Below are positions 1-11,720 of a stretch of DNA of 64,000 bases, piece by piece (position 1 is the first letter of the stretch; the number at the start of each line of letters is the position of its first letter). A model generated the notes under the pieces. It was not told the origin of the DNA. It saw nothing but the letters and a program-made list of their open reading frames with translations, and ran no database searches. The DNA is taken from positions 9,734,001-9,798,000 of the forward strand of contig OX597815.1 in NCBI GenBank assembly GCA_951406725.2. Direction: 5' to 3'. The DNA is from Octopus vulgaris (taxonomy: Eukaryota). A program made the translations under genes and the position numbers.

Positions 1-32
1 GAACAAGCGCTGACCCAGACCCTAAGGACCAA

Positions 33-350
33 AGCCTGTCATATACATATTTGTGTGTGTGTGCATGCATGTACACATGTGGACATGTGTGTGCATGTGT
101 CTGAACCCTTGTATTGCCAACATGTGGTGGTTGTAAACAAGCATCAGTGTCATACAAGCGGTGTTGCTCATTTCCAGTCTTCCATGAAAAGCAAGTCTTG
201 CCATGGGAAAATATTACCTTGCTTATGAACAGGTGAGGAATGGTGAGTGGAAGAGCATCTAGCCATAGAAAAATCTGCCCTAAATTCCATGTCCCATGTA
301 AGCATGGATGATAATGATGATGATGATAATGATAATGATTATAATGATGA
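33..350 (+). mobile_element. SINE family D 3' part (family-A-like head, RTE-derived tail ending in (GAT)n)
   Basis: Tail ggaagagcatctagccatagaaa...cccatgtaagcatgg+(gat)n resembles the family C RTE 3' end; related copies at 2820-3245 and 35305-35540. Confidence 0.65.
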
Positions 351-527
351 TGTTCCCATCAAGAATGAAACCACAGGTCTTAATGACAAGGGATAAAATC
401 ATAGGACACTGTGAAGCATTGGGCTTTCCAAATTCCAGAATAAATTCTTACTCTACCATTCTACAATTAATCTGGATTCAGTTCTCTCCAGCCTAGAGAC
501 AGTCAAATGAAGTACAATTTACCCACT

Positions 528-990
528 GTTTATGTGTGTGCATGTGTGTGTGTGTGTGTATGTATGTGTATGTGTGTATGTGTATGTATGTATGTGTGTA
601 TGTATGTGTGTGCATGTATGTATGTATGTGTATGTGTGTATGTGTGTGCATGTATGTATGTATGTATGTATGCATGTGTATATGTATGTATGCATGCATG
701 GATGGATGTATGGATGTATGCATTATGTTTGTATGTATGGATGGATGTATGGATGGATGGATGGATGTGTGTATGTATGTATATGTATGCATGTATGTAT
801 GTATGTATGTATGTATATTGTATGTGTGTTTGTATGTATGTATGTATGTGTGTATGTATGCATGTGTGTATGTATGTATGTCTATGTATGTGTGTGTGTA
901 TGTATGCATGTATGCATGCATGTATGTATGTATGTATGTACATATGTATATATGCATGCATGCATGTATGTATGTGCATGTGTGTATATT
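528..990. repeat. Compound (TG)n/(TATG)n/(TGGA)n microsatellite
   Basis: Direct inspection; source of the spurious HTYI/VCMY ORFs. Confidence 0.95.
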
Positions 991-2109
991 TGAATGTGTG
1001 CGAATGTGTCTGCTACTGGTCCTGATTAGATGGGAGGTAAGTGATTTTAGAATGATGCTATAATAGTGTTCAATAATGTGCTGCTACCATCAATCATTGC
1101 TGTTTTGGGTGATTTCTTTATTTTTTCTGTTTTCCATTTTTTTCTTATTTATTTCTCTTCACATTTTCAATATAAAACAGTAAAGAGAAGAACAAGATTT
1201 TGAATGACATGTACAAAGGATTTACAAAGCGAGGTGCTGTTTATATGGAAACTGTTTGAATGTTCCGAGTACTGTCTATCTCAGTCACATTCAAGCAGAA
1301 AACACATAGATGAAGTAAAAATGACTGATTATAAAGTGATGGGGGGGGGGGAATGTAGGTAGCGAGGGAGGGAGGTTGGAATCTTTTACAGAATTCAAAT
1401 AGCGGAGTAGCAAAAATACGAAATATAAAAAAAAAAACAAAGAAATAATATTTTAAAAAAATAGGAAAAATAAAAATAAAAATAAAAAAATGAAGGATGC
1501 TTTTGAAAGCGAGATATATAGAAAGTGTCTGAATCGGTAAGTTATTAGTGAATGTAACTATTAGAGATAGATAACCTTATTGATTAAACAGGTGAACACT
1601 ACAGGTATATTGTTGACTAAATCACAACGATTCACTTCCAACAATGAAAGAGATTTATGAAGCACTTTCTACAGTGAACAACGATGGAAGAACCAAAATC
1701 TGGATTCTGGTTTTAAAGTGTTAAAAAAATCAAATCAAAAGCTTACCATTCACCTATACAAATCAACTGACAACATTTCCATCACAATTATTAATTTCTT
1801 TTTTTTTTCTATATTTTAGTTTGCTTATTTATTTATTTTATTTTTTTCTGCTTTGTTCTTTGTAATCAATATTTGATTGAATATTTGCATTTTCTTCCTA
1901 AATACAACCACAAATATATATTTTTTTTATGACTGAATGGGTTGTATAATGCTTTAAATTCATATATTTTCAATTAATAGCATCCAAGTGAATAGCTTTA
2001 TCTGAACATGATGAATATAGCAATTGTAAATTGCAGGTGTGGCTGTGCGGTTCAGAAGCTGGCTTCTTAACCATGGTTTCAGTCCCATTCCATGGTACCT
2101 ATTTCTTTT

Positions 2110-2397
2110 GTACTTCCACTTCACTAACTGGGAGGAAACGGCAAAAAACAGACCACTCTGGAAAACCACCATCCATGGCGACTTTCGAGTCAAAAAGGTC
2201 TGCAGAGCTGGAGGAGAAAAGATGACGACGGAAGGAGCGCCAACAACAACCATATGTGACTCTCCCTTACAGCACTAGATGTCCGCACTGCAACCGATCT
2301 TTTCAAGCAAGAATTGGTCTTATCGGTCACCTACGGACTCACCAGTAAATTTGCGCAAAGACCATCATCCTCGACCTTGAGGGATTGCCACGACACG
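2110..2397 (+). mobile_element. RTE-clade LINE 3' fragment with C-terminal C2H2 finger
   Basis: Frameshifted translation NWEETAKNRPLWKTTIH..FESKRSAELEEKR..CPHCNRSFQARIGLIGHLRTHQ*; flanked by duplicated acctatttcttt (about 2097-2108 and 2398-2409). Confidence 0.85.
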
Positions 2398-2400
2398 ACC

Positions 2401-2817
2401 TATTTCTTTACTACCCACAAGGGGCTAAACACAGAGAGGACAAACAAGGACAGACAAGCATATTACGTTGATTATATCGACCCCAGTGCGTAACTGGTAC
2501 TTATTTAATCAACCCTGAAAGAACGAAAGGCAAAGTCGACCTCGGCGGAATTTGAACTCAGAACGTAGCGACAGATGAAATACTTATTTCTTTACTACCA
2601 CAAGGGGCTAAACACAGAGAGGACAAACAAGGACCGACAAACAGATTAAGTCGATTAGATCGACCCCAGTGCGTAACTGGTACTTAATTTATCGACCCCG
2701 AAAGGGTGAAAGGCAAAGTCGACCTCGGCGGAATTTGAACTCAGAACATAACGGCAGACGAAATACTGCTAAGCATTTCACCCGGCGTGCTAACGTTTCT
2801 GCCAGCTCGCTGCCTTA
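2401..2817 (-). mobile_element. SINE family B, dimeric body
   Basis: tRNA-like head (A box tggcagaaacgtt, B box gagttcaaattcc) plus two ~183-bp body units; 17-bp TSD with 2 mismatches at 2083-2099 and 2818-2834. Confidence 0.85.
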
Positions 2818-2819
2818 TC

Positions 2820-3245
2820 CCATTGCATGATACCTTGAGCAAGTGTTGTCTACTATAGCTGACTATAGGCTGGCTGACTAATGAAATGAGAATGTACTTG
2901 AGAGATTGGAAACTGGAAGAAGCCTGTCATATACATATTTGTGGATGTGTGTTGTGTGGCACACATGCATGCATGTACGCATGTGGACATATGTGTGCAT
3001 GTGTCTGAACCCTTGTATTGCCATCATGTGGTGGTTGTAAACAAGCATCACTGTCATACAAGCGGTGTTGTTCATTTCCAGTCTTCCATGAAAAGCATGC
3101 CTTGCCATGGGAAAATATTACCTTGCTTATGAACAGGTGATGTGTGGTGAGTGGAAGAGCATCTGGCCGTAGAAAAATCTGCCCTAAATTCCATCTGCCC
3201 CATGTAAGCATGGAAAAGCAGATGTCAAATGATGATAATGATGGT
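2820..3245 (+). mobile_element. SINE family D (its head at ~2035-2099 is separated by nested insertions)
   Basis: CORE-like accttgagcaagtg, internal TG tract, RTE-like tail and (GAT)n end. Confidence 0.7.
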
Positions 3246-3289
3246 GATTTCTCTGAGTCATTAGGAAATTGTACTGTATACCCTGTTAA

Positions 3290-3510
3290 CCCTTTAGTGT
3301 TCAAATTATTCTGTCAAATGTGATGTTTGTTTATTCACATTGTTTTGAATTAGCCATGCATTATCTTGTAGTTTAGAGATTACAGTGATGTGATTTTTTT
3401 AGTTTTAGAATGACATGGTAGGGCTGAGGTGAGAGGCAAGATCTGGTCAGTTTCAGTATAAAACAGGTTAAATATTTTGGCCGGATATGGCCGGTTTGAA
3501 TGCTAAAGGG
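3290..3510. mobile_element. 221-bp piggyBac-type MITE
   Basis: TTAA|CCCTTTAG...CTAAAGGG|TTAA. Same-length copy at 53124-53344; decayed copies at ~15769-15984, ~17916-18020 and 58168-58358. Confidence 0.85.
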
Positions 3511-3691
3511 TTAAAGGTTCCATTTCAAATTTGAGTGTGAGTGGCTGGAGGTGGGAATGTAGTTGGTTAGTGATTGGTGTATGAGTGGCTAAACAATGGT
3601 GAGTGAGTGACTAAAGATTGGAACGTGAGTGAATGGAGTTTGATTTACGAGTGGTAAAAAAACAAAATTAAGCAAATTAAACGGGACTTAC

Positions 3692-4225
3692 CTATGAAGT
3701 AAATATCATGCATTGGAATATATCCTGATTCATCAACTTTCTGTTTATGTTTTTCAGCACTGGGGTTTTTTGAAGTATCATTCTGTTTCTGGGTACTCAC
3801 ACCTGAGTCCCCAGATCTGTATGGATGCAGAATCTCTTTACCGATTTCATTGTTATTTCGAGAAATACTTAGTATATATGCGTCGTAGTGATCCTTGCTT
3901 TGTGGATTTACTAATGTCTCTCCATCAAACAGCTGTAAAGGGGTCTTGCCTTCAGGCTCCCGCTGTTTATATGAACTCCCTACTGTTTTAATCCGATCCT
4001 CGTTCCCTTGTAAATGCAGTGTCCTCTCTTGAGAGTTTGTTTTCGCCACTTGTTCTATATTTGACTGCAGGTTCGGTCTGATCCAAGCTTTGTTGTTGTT
4101 CCTGTCATTATCTAAAATAGTAGGGTTATGCCAGGATGTGGGGTCTCTAAACTCTGAATTTTTTAGTTTCAGCAGTTTCAAGTGACCGGAATGTGTTTTA
4201 TGAGTGTGTTTTGGAATTACTGTAC
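3692..4225 (-). CDS. Internal coding exon (534 nt, phase 1-1) of a minus-strand gene; hydrophilic ectodomain ending ...GYIPMHDIYFI|, tentatively NPDC1/CAB-1-like membrane protein
   Basis: Only long non-repetitive ORF in the window (3645-4235). Bounded by acceptor ttttgatttcAG|GT at 4226/4225 and donor ATAG|GTAAGT at 3692/3691; length divisible by 3. DIYFI at a phase-1 boundary recalls the DIYFIAIVAGC juxtamembrane motif of invertebrate NPDC1/CAB-1 (from memory, not searched). Confidence 0.8.
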
Positions 4226-4537
4226 CTGAAATCAAAAAATATGAATAAATTTGAATAAATTACTGATAACAAAAGTGTTCTCAAGGAATTCACAATAAAC
4301 TGGTATTATTACATTGCTATAAAGATAACCTACCGTATTTGATGTATTGGCAAGTTAATATGTTCAGACATTCTACAATTTACTTAGTAAGAGTAAACCA
4401 AGGCAAAATATATTTATTATTGTTGTTTTGCCCCGAGTTAGTTTTGATTGAGCAGATGCATAATTAAAGGTATTCTAGCAGTGACCATCTTATCTCTTTT
4501 ACAGGAATGGTGTATCCAGAAATACATTATCAAATAT

Positions 4538-4539
<2 letters not shown>

Positions 4540-4570
<31 letters not shown>

Positions 4571-4747
4571 GTTTAACATCCGCCTTCCATACTAGCATAG
4601 GTTGGATGATTTTGACTGAGGGCTGGCGAACCAGACGGCCACACCAGACTCCAATCTTGATCTGGCAGAGTTTCTACGGCTGGATGCCCTTCCTAATGCC
4701 AACCACTCTGAGAGTGTAGAGGGGGGTTTTTTTACGTGCCACCAGCC
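4540..4747 (-). mobile_element. Family C: 5'-truncated RTE LINE 3'UTR
   Basis: (cat)n-cgtttaac...ggatgcccttcctaatgccaacc. About 19 copies in the window, e.g. 4941-5165+, 6411-6630+, 10232-10580+, 14451-14728-, 19715-20125+, 31117-31470-, 34440-34760-, 36413-36690+, 45486-45840+, 46301-46542+, 50305-50645+, 51602-51885-, 59876-59978+. Confidence 0.85.
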
Positions 4748-6139
4748 CAATTCCCTAAACAAGAGAGTGTGATTTGAGAAAAATATGTTAATTAATTTTA
4801 GCAAATTAAGTGACTACATGGAGAATAATTTTTCTCTTTATTTTGACTTGGGAAAATATCTTTCTAAGATAGACACAAGACCTCTAATCACTAGGAAGTA
4901 AATGAACAGAACATTGATAAAAAACATGATTTTCCATGACTGTAGCCAGTACCACCTGACAAGCCCTCGTGTCGGTGGCAAGTAAAAGCACCCACTACAC
5001 TCTCGGAGTGGTTGGCGTTAGGATGGATGGGCATCCAGCTGTAGAAACTCTGCCAAATCAAAATTGGAGTCTGGTGCAGCCATCTGGTTTGCCAGATCTC
5101 AGTCAAATCGTCCAACCCATGCTAGCATGGAAAGCGGACGTTAAACAACGATGATGATGATGATGATTGATATGTCTATGCTTTTTGCTCAAACCATGAA
5201 CCTGACTTCATGGTCCACCAACTTGCTAAAAATTACCACCACCTGATCTTCTTTGAATCACACCCTGCCATATTAAGTAAAGAAAACACAATTAGATAAT
5301 GCAACTCTTACTTTGGTTTCAACCTTCAACTTCCAGTGGAGTCAAGATGTTGCATTATCTTGAGCCTTTAAACCTAGCAGAGTCTATCCTCTCTAGGTTC
5401 AACAACAGCTGATTTCTTCCAGAGAGAAGAAAAAAACATTGTATCAATCCTGAAAAGACGAGGGGCAAAGTTGATCTAGATGGGATCGAAATCAAAATGC
5501 AGAGATCCGGAATAAATACTAGAAGACATTCTACCCAACAACTCTACCAATTCGCAGCCTCCAAAACAGACTGGATGGTCAGTTCTGGAATGTAATGGCT
5601 CATAAGTCTGCCAAATCAGAAATGACCTGTGCTGAACAGACACCAAGAATTTAGATTCTCCCAGGACTCGCTTCTGCAACATTATAAGAGAAAGAATGAC
5701 TCATCCCTGAAGACCTAATATAGCATCTTTAGTGGAATGGAAAATCTGTGACTTGATGCGTCAATATGTGAGATAGGAGAAGCTGAAATGGTGGTTCTTA
5801 ATTCATTTGTCTCCAAAAGGTCTCTCTCTCTCTCTCTCCGTTAGTTCCCAGCCATACCACATTGGAGAAATTCCAATAATAGTTTAAAGAATTTTAGAAC
5901 TACAGCAGCTGTCATTACTGAAACACTGCCAGCATTCTACAGCAATCACAACAATAATAAACTACCATCAGTATTATGCATTGAAACAGAAATAACAAAC
6001 AATACCGTCAGCATTCTATAGGTACCGTGAAAATAGTAAAATACCACCAACCAGTACAGAGGTGTGATTGAAACTAACTGGCCACAGAAAATGTCAGTAG
6101 TATCTATGTAAACATTTGACCTCTAATTTCTAATTTCTT

Positions 6140-6354
6140 GTTGTGTCTGGGGAGAGTCATTTTCTCTTTTGCCCTATAATGTAACACACTCACCGGTAAA
6201 ATTTCCACTTATTTCTTATTTTTATTTTCCTAAAATTTTCGTTGCGTCTTGCAACCTTTTCAATAGTCTTGACTCTCATTATAAGGCACAACAGAATATG
6301 CTTCAACACACGAACTCACATAAAGAATCTTGCAAACCAAATCCAAAAACGAAA
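6140..6354 (-). mobile_element. 215-bp retroposed insert, probably Penelope-like element terminal repeat
   Basis: Perfect 12-bp TSD ttctaatttctt at 6128-6139 and 6355-6366; contains a minimal hammerhead-like motif of the kind found in Penelope pLTRs. Confidence 0.6.
6230..6266 (-). ncRNA. Candidate minimal type I hammerhead ribozyme (U3-A8 variant)
   Basis: Minus strand reads CUA-UUGAAAA-G-GUUGC-AAGAC-GCAAC-GAA-AAUU-U-UAG: stem I CUA/UAG, 5-bp stem II, palindromic AAUU in place of stem III, U17 cleavage site. Confidence 0.45.
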
Positions 6355-6682
6355 TTCTAATTTCTTAATATCTTGAAATCTCTTCAATACATGCACACAC
6401 ACACACACACACTGCCAGCCTCGCCAGGCACCTGTGCCGGTGGCACGTAAAAAGCACCCACTACACTCTGGGAGTGGTTGGCTTTAGGAAGGGCATCCAG
6501 CTGTAGAAACTCTGCCAGATCAGACTGGGCCTGGTGCAGCCTCCAAGCTTGCCAGCCCTCAGTTGAACCGTCCAACCCATGCCAGCATGGAAAGCAGACG
6601 TTAAATGATGATGATGATGATGATGATGACTAATAGCATGAAACTGATGATCAACTTTTCACAAGCACACATACATTCGTAT

Positions 6683-7345
6683 ATCATCATCATCGTTTAA
6701 CGTCCGCTTTCCATGCTAGCATGGGTTGGACGGTTCAACTGGGGTCTGGCAAGCCCGAAGGCTGCACCAGGCCAGTCAGATCTGGCAGTGTTTCTACAGC
6801 TGGATGCCCTTCCTAACGCCAACCACTCCGTGAGTGTAGTGGGTGATTTTATGTGCCACCAACACAGGTGCCAGACGAGGCTGGCAGACGGCCACGCTCG
6901 GATGGTGTTTTTTATGTGCCACCGACACAGGTGCCAGACGAGGCTGGCAGACGGTCACGCTCGGATGGTGTTTTTTATGTGCCACCGACACAGGTGCCAG
7001 ACGAGGCTGGCGAACGGCCACGATCGGATGGTGTTTGTTACGTGCCCACAGCACGGAGGCCAGTCGATGCGGTACTGGCTACGGCCACGTTCGGATGGTT
7101 TTCTTATGTGCCACCGGCACTGGTACCACAAGGATACAAATTCCATTGATGTTCATCTATTTTGATTTGGTTAGATTTGATTTGATTTGATTTTGATTTT
7201 CACTTGCCTCAACAGGTCTTCACAAGTGTCACAAGAAGGAAGGTATGCACAGGTGGACTGACTACGTCCCAGGTAGGGGCCACGGGTTATGGCTTCACTA
7301 GTCTTGCCGGGTCTTCTCACGCACAGCATACTTCCATAGGTCTCC
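6683..7345 (-). mobile_element. Family C RTE LINE, longer copy with ORF end and 63-bp VNTR
   Basis: Reverse strand includes DLWKYAVREKTRQD* followed by the 3'UTR with several 63-bp units and a (GAT)n tail. Confidence 0.85.
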
Positions 7346-7423
7346 ATGTGTATATATCTACATATATACACATATGCATATTAACTGGGTTTTTTTTACA
7401 TTTTCGAAGTTTTCTTTTTTCTT

Positions 7424-7816
7424 TTCTTTCACTTGTTTCAGTCATTTCTCTGTGGCCATGCTGCAGCACCGCCTTGAAGAGTTGCAGTCGAAGAAATCAA
7501 CATCAGGACATATTCTTTGTAAGCCTAGTACTCATTCTATCAGCCTTTTTTTGCCAAAGTGCTAGGTTATGTGGATGTAAACACACCAACATTGGTTATC
7601 AAGTGATGGTGGGAGGGGGACAAACACAGTCATGCACAAACACATATATATACATATATACAACAGGCTTCTTTCAGTTTCCGTCTACCAATCCACTCAC
7701 AAGACTTTGATTGGCCCAAGGCTATAGTAGAAGACTTTTGCCCAAGCTGCCACACAGTGGGACTGAACCCAGAACCATGTGGTTGGTAAGCAAGCTCCTT
7801 ACCACACAGCCACACC
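7424..7816 (-). mobile_element. SINE family A (older copy)
   Basis: Matches the family A layout: tRNA head, CORE-like cttgggcaa, internal TA/TG tract, tgactgaaacaagt end. Confidence 0.8.
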
Positions 7817-8442
7817 TCAGAGCAATTATATATAATTTGTAGTATAAAACAACAGGTATCACGAGTAGTACTGTAACCTGAGAACTGGTATCATTAGTTG
7901 TACTGCAACCTAACACTAGTCACTAGTTGTATATTAACCGAATAATTAGTGTCACCTGCACTCTGCAACTAGTGACACCTGTTGTTGTGTTACAGCATAA
8001 CAAGTGATACCTGCTGTTAGGATTAGAATATTACTAGTGATACCTCTTGCTAGGTCACACTAGTGATACCTAGCAACAGTGATAGTAAAATATTGTTGGT
8101 AACACCTGTATAACACCTGTTGTTTTATAATACAAACGATGATAATTGTTCTGCATAAATTTTGAAAATGGGGGGCGGAATACTCAATGAGTGTCTGTGT
8201 TTATATCCATGTGTGTTTGTCATGAAAAGTAGATTATCAGTTCCATATTAATAGTATCAGCTGTTTGTCATCCAATCCTTTGACATAATCCCTCCAGAAT
8301 CACATCCATCTGTAAATCATCCAAGCATTGCCTGCTTTTTTAATTCCCACTGCACCATTAACCTTACAGGTTTTAAACTGAATATGAGCTAGGGCTGGGT
8401 GGTGTACGCACACACACACGTGTACTGAGTTTGCGTGTGTTG

Positions 8443-8743
8443 CTTAGTGGTTAGGGTATTCAGCTTACAATCGTGAGATTGTGAGTTCAATTCCTGATAT
8501 CCTTGAGCAAGATACTTTATTCCACATTGCTTCAGTCCACTCAGCTGGCAAAAAAAAAATAGAACCTGTATTCCAAAGAGCCAGCTTTGTCACACTCTGT
8601 CACACCAAATCTCCCTGAAAACTACGTTAAGGGTACACATGTCTGTGGAGTACTCAACCACTTGCACGTTAATTTCATGCGCAGGCTGTTCTGTTGGATC
8701 CAATCAAATGGAATCCTTATTGTTATAACCGATGGAGTGCCAG
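8443..8743 (+). mobile_element. Older tRNA-derived SINE (family E)
   Basis: A box cttagtggttagg, B box gagttcaattcc, then tccttgagcaag...cagtccactcagctg; related pieces at ~12340-12530(-) and ~33660-34210(-). Confidence 0.65.
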
Positions 8744-9214
8744 TTATTGAGATGTGTTGTGCCATGATAAAATACTCTAGTGTTTGGTACGATACAGTGT
8801 ATCCAATACACTCTATAAAGTGGTTGGGCCGTTCAAGAATTTGGACCTGGAGATCTCCATTTCCAGTGACTTCGAGGGCCACCTCCCAGTGGTGTCGGGT
8901 GTCCACGAAGAGCCCTCAACTACAACAAGACGACCAAAGTTTTTTTTTCCCCAAGGTCTGGGGTCTCTCGCCCTAAGCCCTAGACCATCACCTAATCACC
9001 CTTACCCGTCTTGTTGCTTAACAACAGCAACAACAACAATAAAGTGGTTGGTGTTAGGAAACCATTATGGTGCACCTGAGCACTGTATACAATAATTTCA
9101 TTTCATTATTATTATTGTTATTATTTAAAAGTATCCAGCTGTGGAATCTACACTGAAAAATGTAAAGTATAAGCAAGATGTGGTCCACCAATGCATCTAA
9201 GTGAGCAATAACAG

Positions 9215-9775
9215 TGAAGCAGCTTTCACCTGGGGTGGATTGAGCTGGTTTCATTCATCCTCAATGCTGCATCTCTCACAAACGCCGATCAGACCTAGCA
9301 ATTTGAGACTAATGACCATGTGATCTCCAACCACTCCCTATTCCAGCGGCGAATGCTGTAGACATGGGGGCCTAGGTTGGGTTCCAGATCAGCCTTAACT
9401 GTCATCAGCCAGATTTTTTGTTGTCCACCACATCGCTTTCACCAACCCTGAAGGAGAGCTGGGGTAATTGCTTCATAGATAAATTCTCCTGGTTGACAAC
9501 GGAGGGCATGACCCAGCCAACACAGACGTCTCGTTAGGATTACTTGTCAGAAGGAGGTGATTTTGCACTGGTGTCGCACCGAATTGTAGGAGACAAAGTG
9601 ATGCCATCGGATATGAAGGATGCGGCGTAGACAGAAGTGATCGAAGGGTTCTAGTCGCTTAATATCTTCCACCCTCATCGGCCATGACTTGCTGCCATAA
9701 AGAAGAATCATTTGCACTAGTGCTTGGTAGATCCGTACTTTGGTGGTGTATCGGATCTCAGATCTTGACAAGAGT
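9215..9775 (-). mobile_element. RTE-clade LINE 3' fragment
   Basis: TKVRIYQALVQMILLYGSKSWPMRVEDIKRLEPFDHFCLRRILHIRW..RRLCWLGHALR; same family as 40430-40823(+). Confidence 0.85.
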
Positions 9776-10056
9776 CATGCATTGAGTCAGTTGAAGGATT
9801 GGCGAGTGAAGAATGGAGTGTGATTAAGAGGACCTATTAAAACTCATGCCAGCATGGAAGGCTGACATGAAGATAAGGACAATGATGTTGATAGATGATA
9901 TGATGGAGCATATTATTACGCTATTACTCCAGTAGCAATAATATATCTCATAAATTTAGTCATTGCCTCAATATTCTGTCATGATAAGTATTTGTATTAA
10001 AACTTTTTTGTCAACAATAGATATTTATACTAAGGAGCTTCAAAATATTCTGTCAA

Positions 10057-10088
<32 letters not shown>

Positions 10089-11201
10089 TTATTTCTTTGT
10101 ATTAAAGGAGCTAAACATTCTGTCAGATACAGATATTTGTATTCAGGGCCCTACAATGTTCTATCAAATATATATATATTTATATTAAGGGGCCTCAATA
10201 TTCTGCTAAATTCATTTATTTGTATTAAGGACCAGACCAGCTAACTGACTCCGTGCCAGTGGCACGTAAAAGGGCACCATTCAAGCGTGATCATTACCAA
10301 CATCGCCTTACTGGCACCTATGCTGGTGGCATGTGTAAAAAGATTCGAGCAAGGTAATTGCCAGTACCGCCTGACTGGCCCTGTGCCGGTGGCACATAAA
10401 AAGCACCCACTACACTCTCGGAGTGGTTGGCGTTAGGAAGGGCATCCAGCTGTAGAAACTCTGCCAGATCAAGATTGGAGCCCAGTGCAGCCGTCTGGTT
10501 CGCCAGCCCTCAGTCAAAATCGTCCAACCCATGCTAGCATGGAAAGCGGACATTAAACGATGATGATGATGATGATGATGAAGGGCCCTCATAATATTCT
10601 GCCAAATATAGATATTTGTATGAAGTGGGGCTTCAATATTCCATTAGCAACGATGAAGAAAACATTGTTGTATCAAAGACGAAATTTTTTTTTATGATTT
10701 ATTATTGTTTGATGATGAAATCATTTGTTATTGAGAACAAACAGAAGATAAGACCCAAATATTTTGTAAATTAGATAATTTATGAACTGATAACGATGAC
10801 CTGACAATATCTCTTGTGATAAATAGACTCTCCATCAGAAGTCAACAGTTGACGCTAAGAAACCCTTATCAGCGAGAAAAATCTTATCCAATATTTCCCC
10901 ATCACACCCCAACCAATGCTAACCAACTCCACCACCAGCACCAACACCAACAACCATCCCATCATTCTGTATTTGATATTTCTCCCTTTGATAACATTTT
11001 TTTAATCATGTTGATAATACTGCTGCTGTGTTTTGGTTCAACATGTGTTTTTTTTTAGGGTTTTTTTTTGTTTTCCTAAACTATTGTGATACGTTTTGCA
11101 GTTGTTTACAGACAACTTTCAACAGTATTTGGCAGCAACAGTAGAACATTCCAGTAAAATCTAATGTATTTTCACTTTCTTCTTCACCTCTTTCTTTTTC
11201 T

Positions 11202-11720
11202 AATTACTATTATTATTATTATTACTATTATTATTACTATTATTATTATTGTTATTACTATTATTATTATTATTATTACTATTATTATTATTACTATTAT
11301 TATTATTATTATTATTGTTATTACTATTATTATTATTATTATTACTATTATTATTATTATTATTACTATTATTATTATTACTACTACTATTGCTATTATT
11401 ATTATTATTGTTATTACTATTATTATTATTATTGTTATTATTATTATTATTATTACTATTATTATTATTATTATTACTACTACTATTATTATTATTATTA
11501 TTATTACTATTATTATTATTATTATTATTACTATTATTATTATTGTTATTACTATTATTATTATTATTACTATTATTATTATTACTATTATTATTATTAT
11601 TATTACTATTATTATTGTTATTACTATTATTATTATTATTACTATTATTATTATTACTATTATTATTATTATCATTACTATTATTATTATCATCATCATC
11701 ATTATTATTATCATCATTAT
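11202..11720. repeat. (TAT)n microsatellite with TAC/TGT interruptions
   Basis: Direct inspection; source of the poly-I/L/N ORFs. Confidence 0.95.

Noticed and set aside
1028-1042. Strong plus-strand donor GAG|GTAAGT
   Set aside because: No credible upstream acceptor or ORF; it follows a microsatellite.
493-1063. Long HTYI/VCMY ORFs (also 24.7-28.6 kb and 38.9-40.1 kb)
   Set aside because: Stop-free frames produced by microsatellites; open on both strands, with no splice or domain support.
9960-10645. Degenerate ~40-bp tandem repeat interrupted by a family C copy
   Set aside because: Ordinary decayed minisatellite with no further structure.
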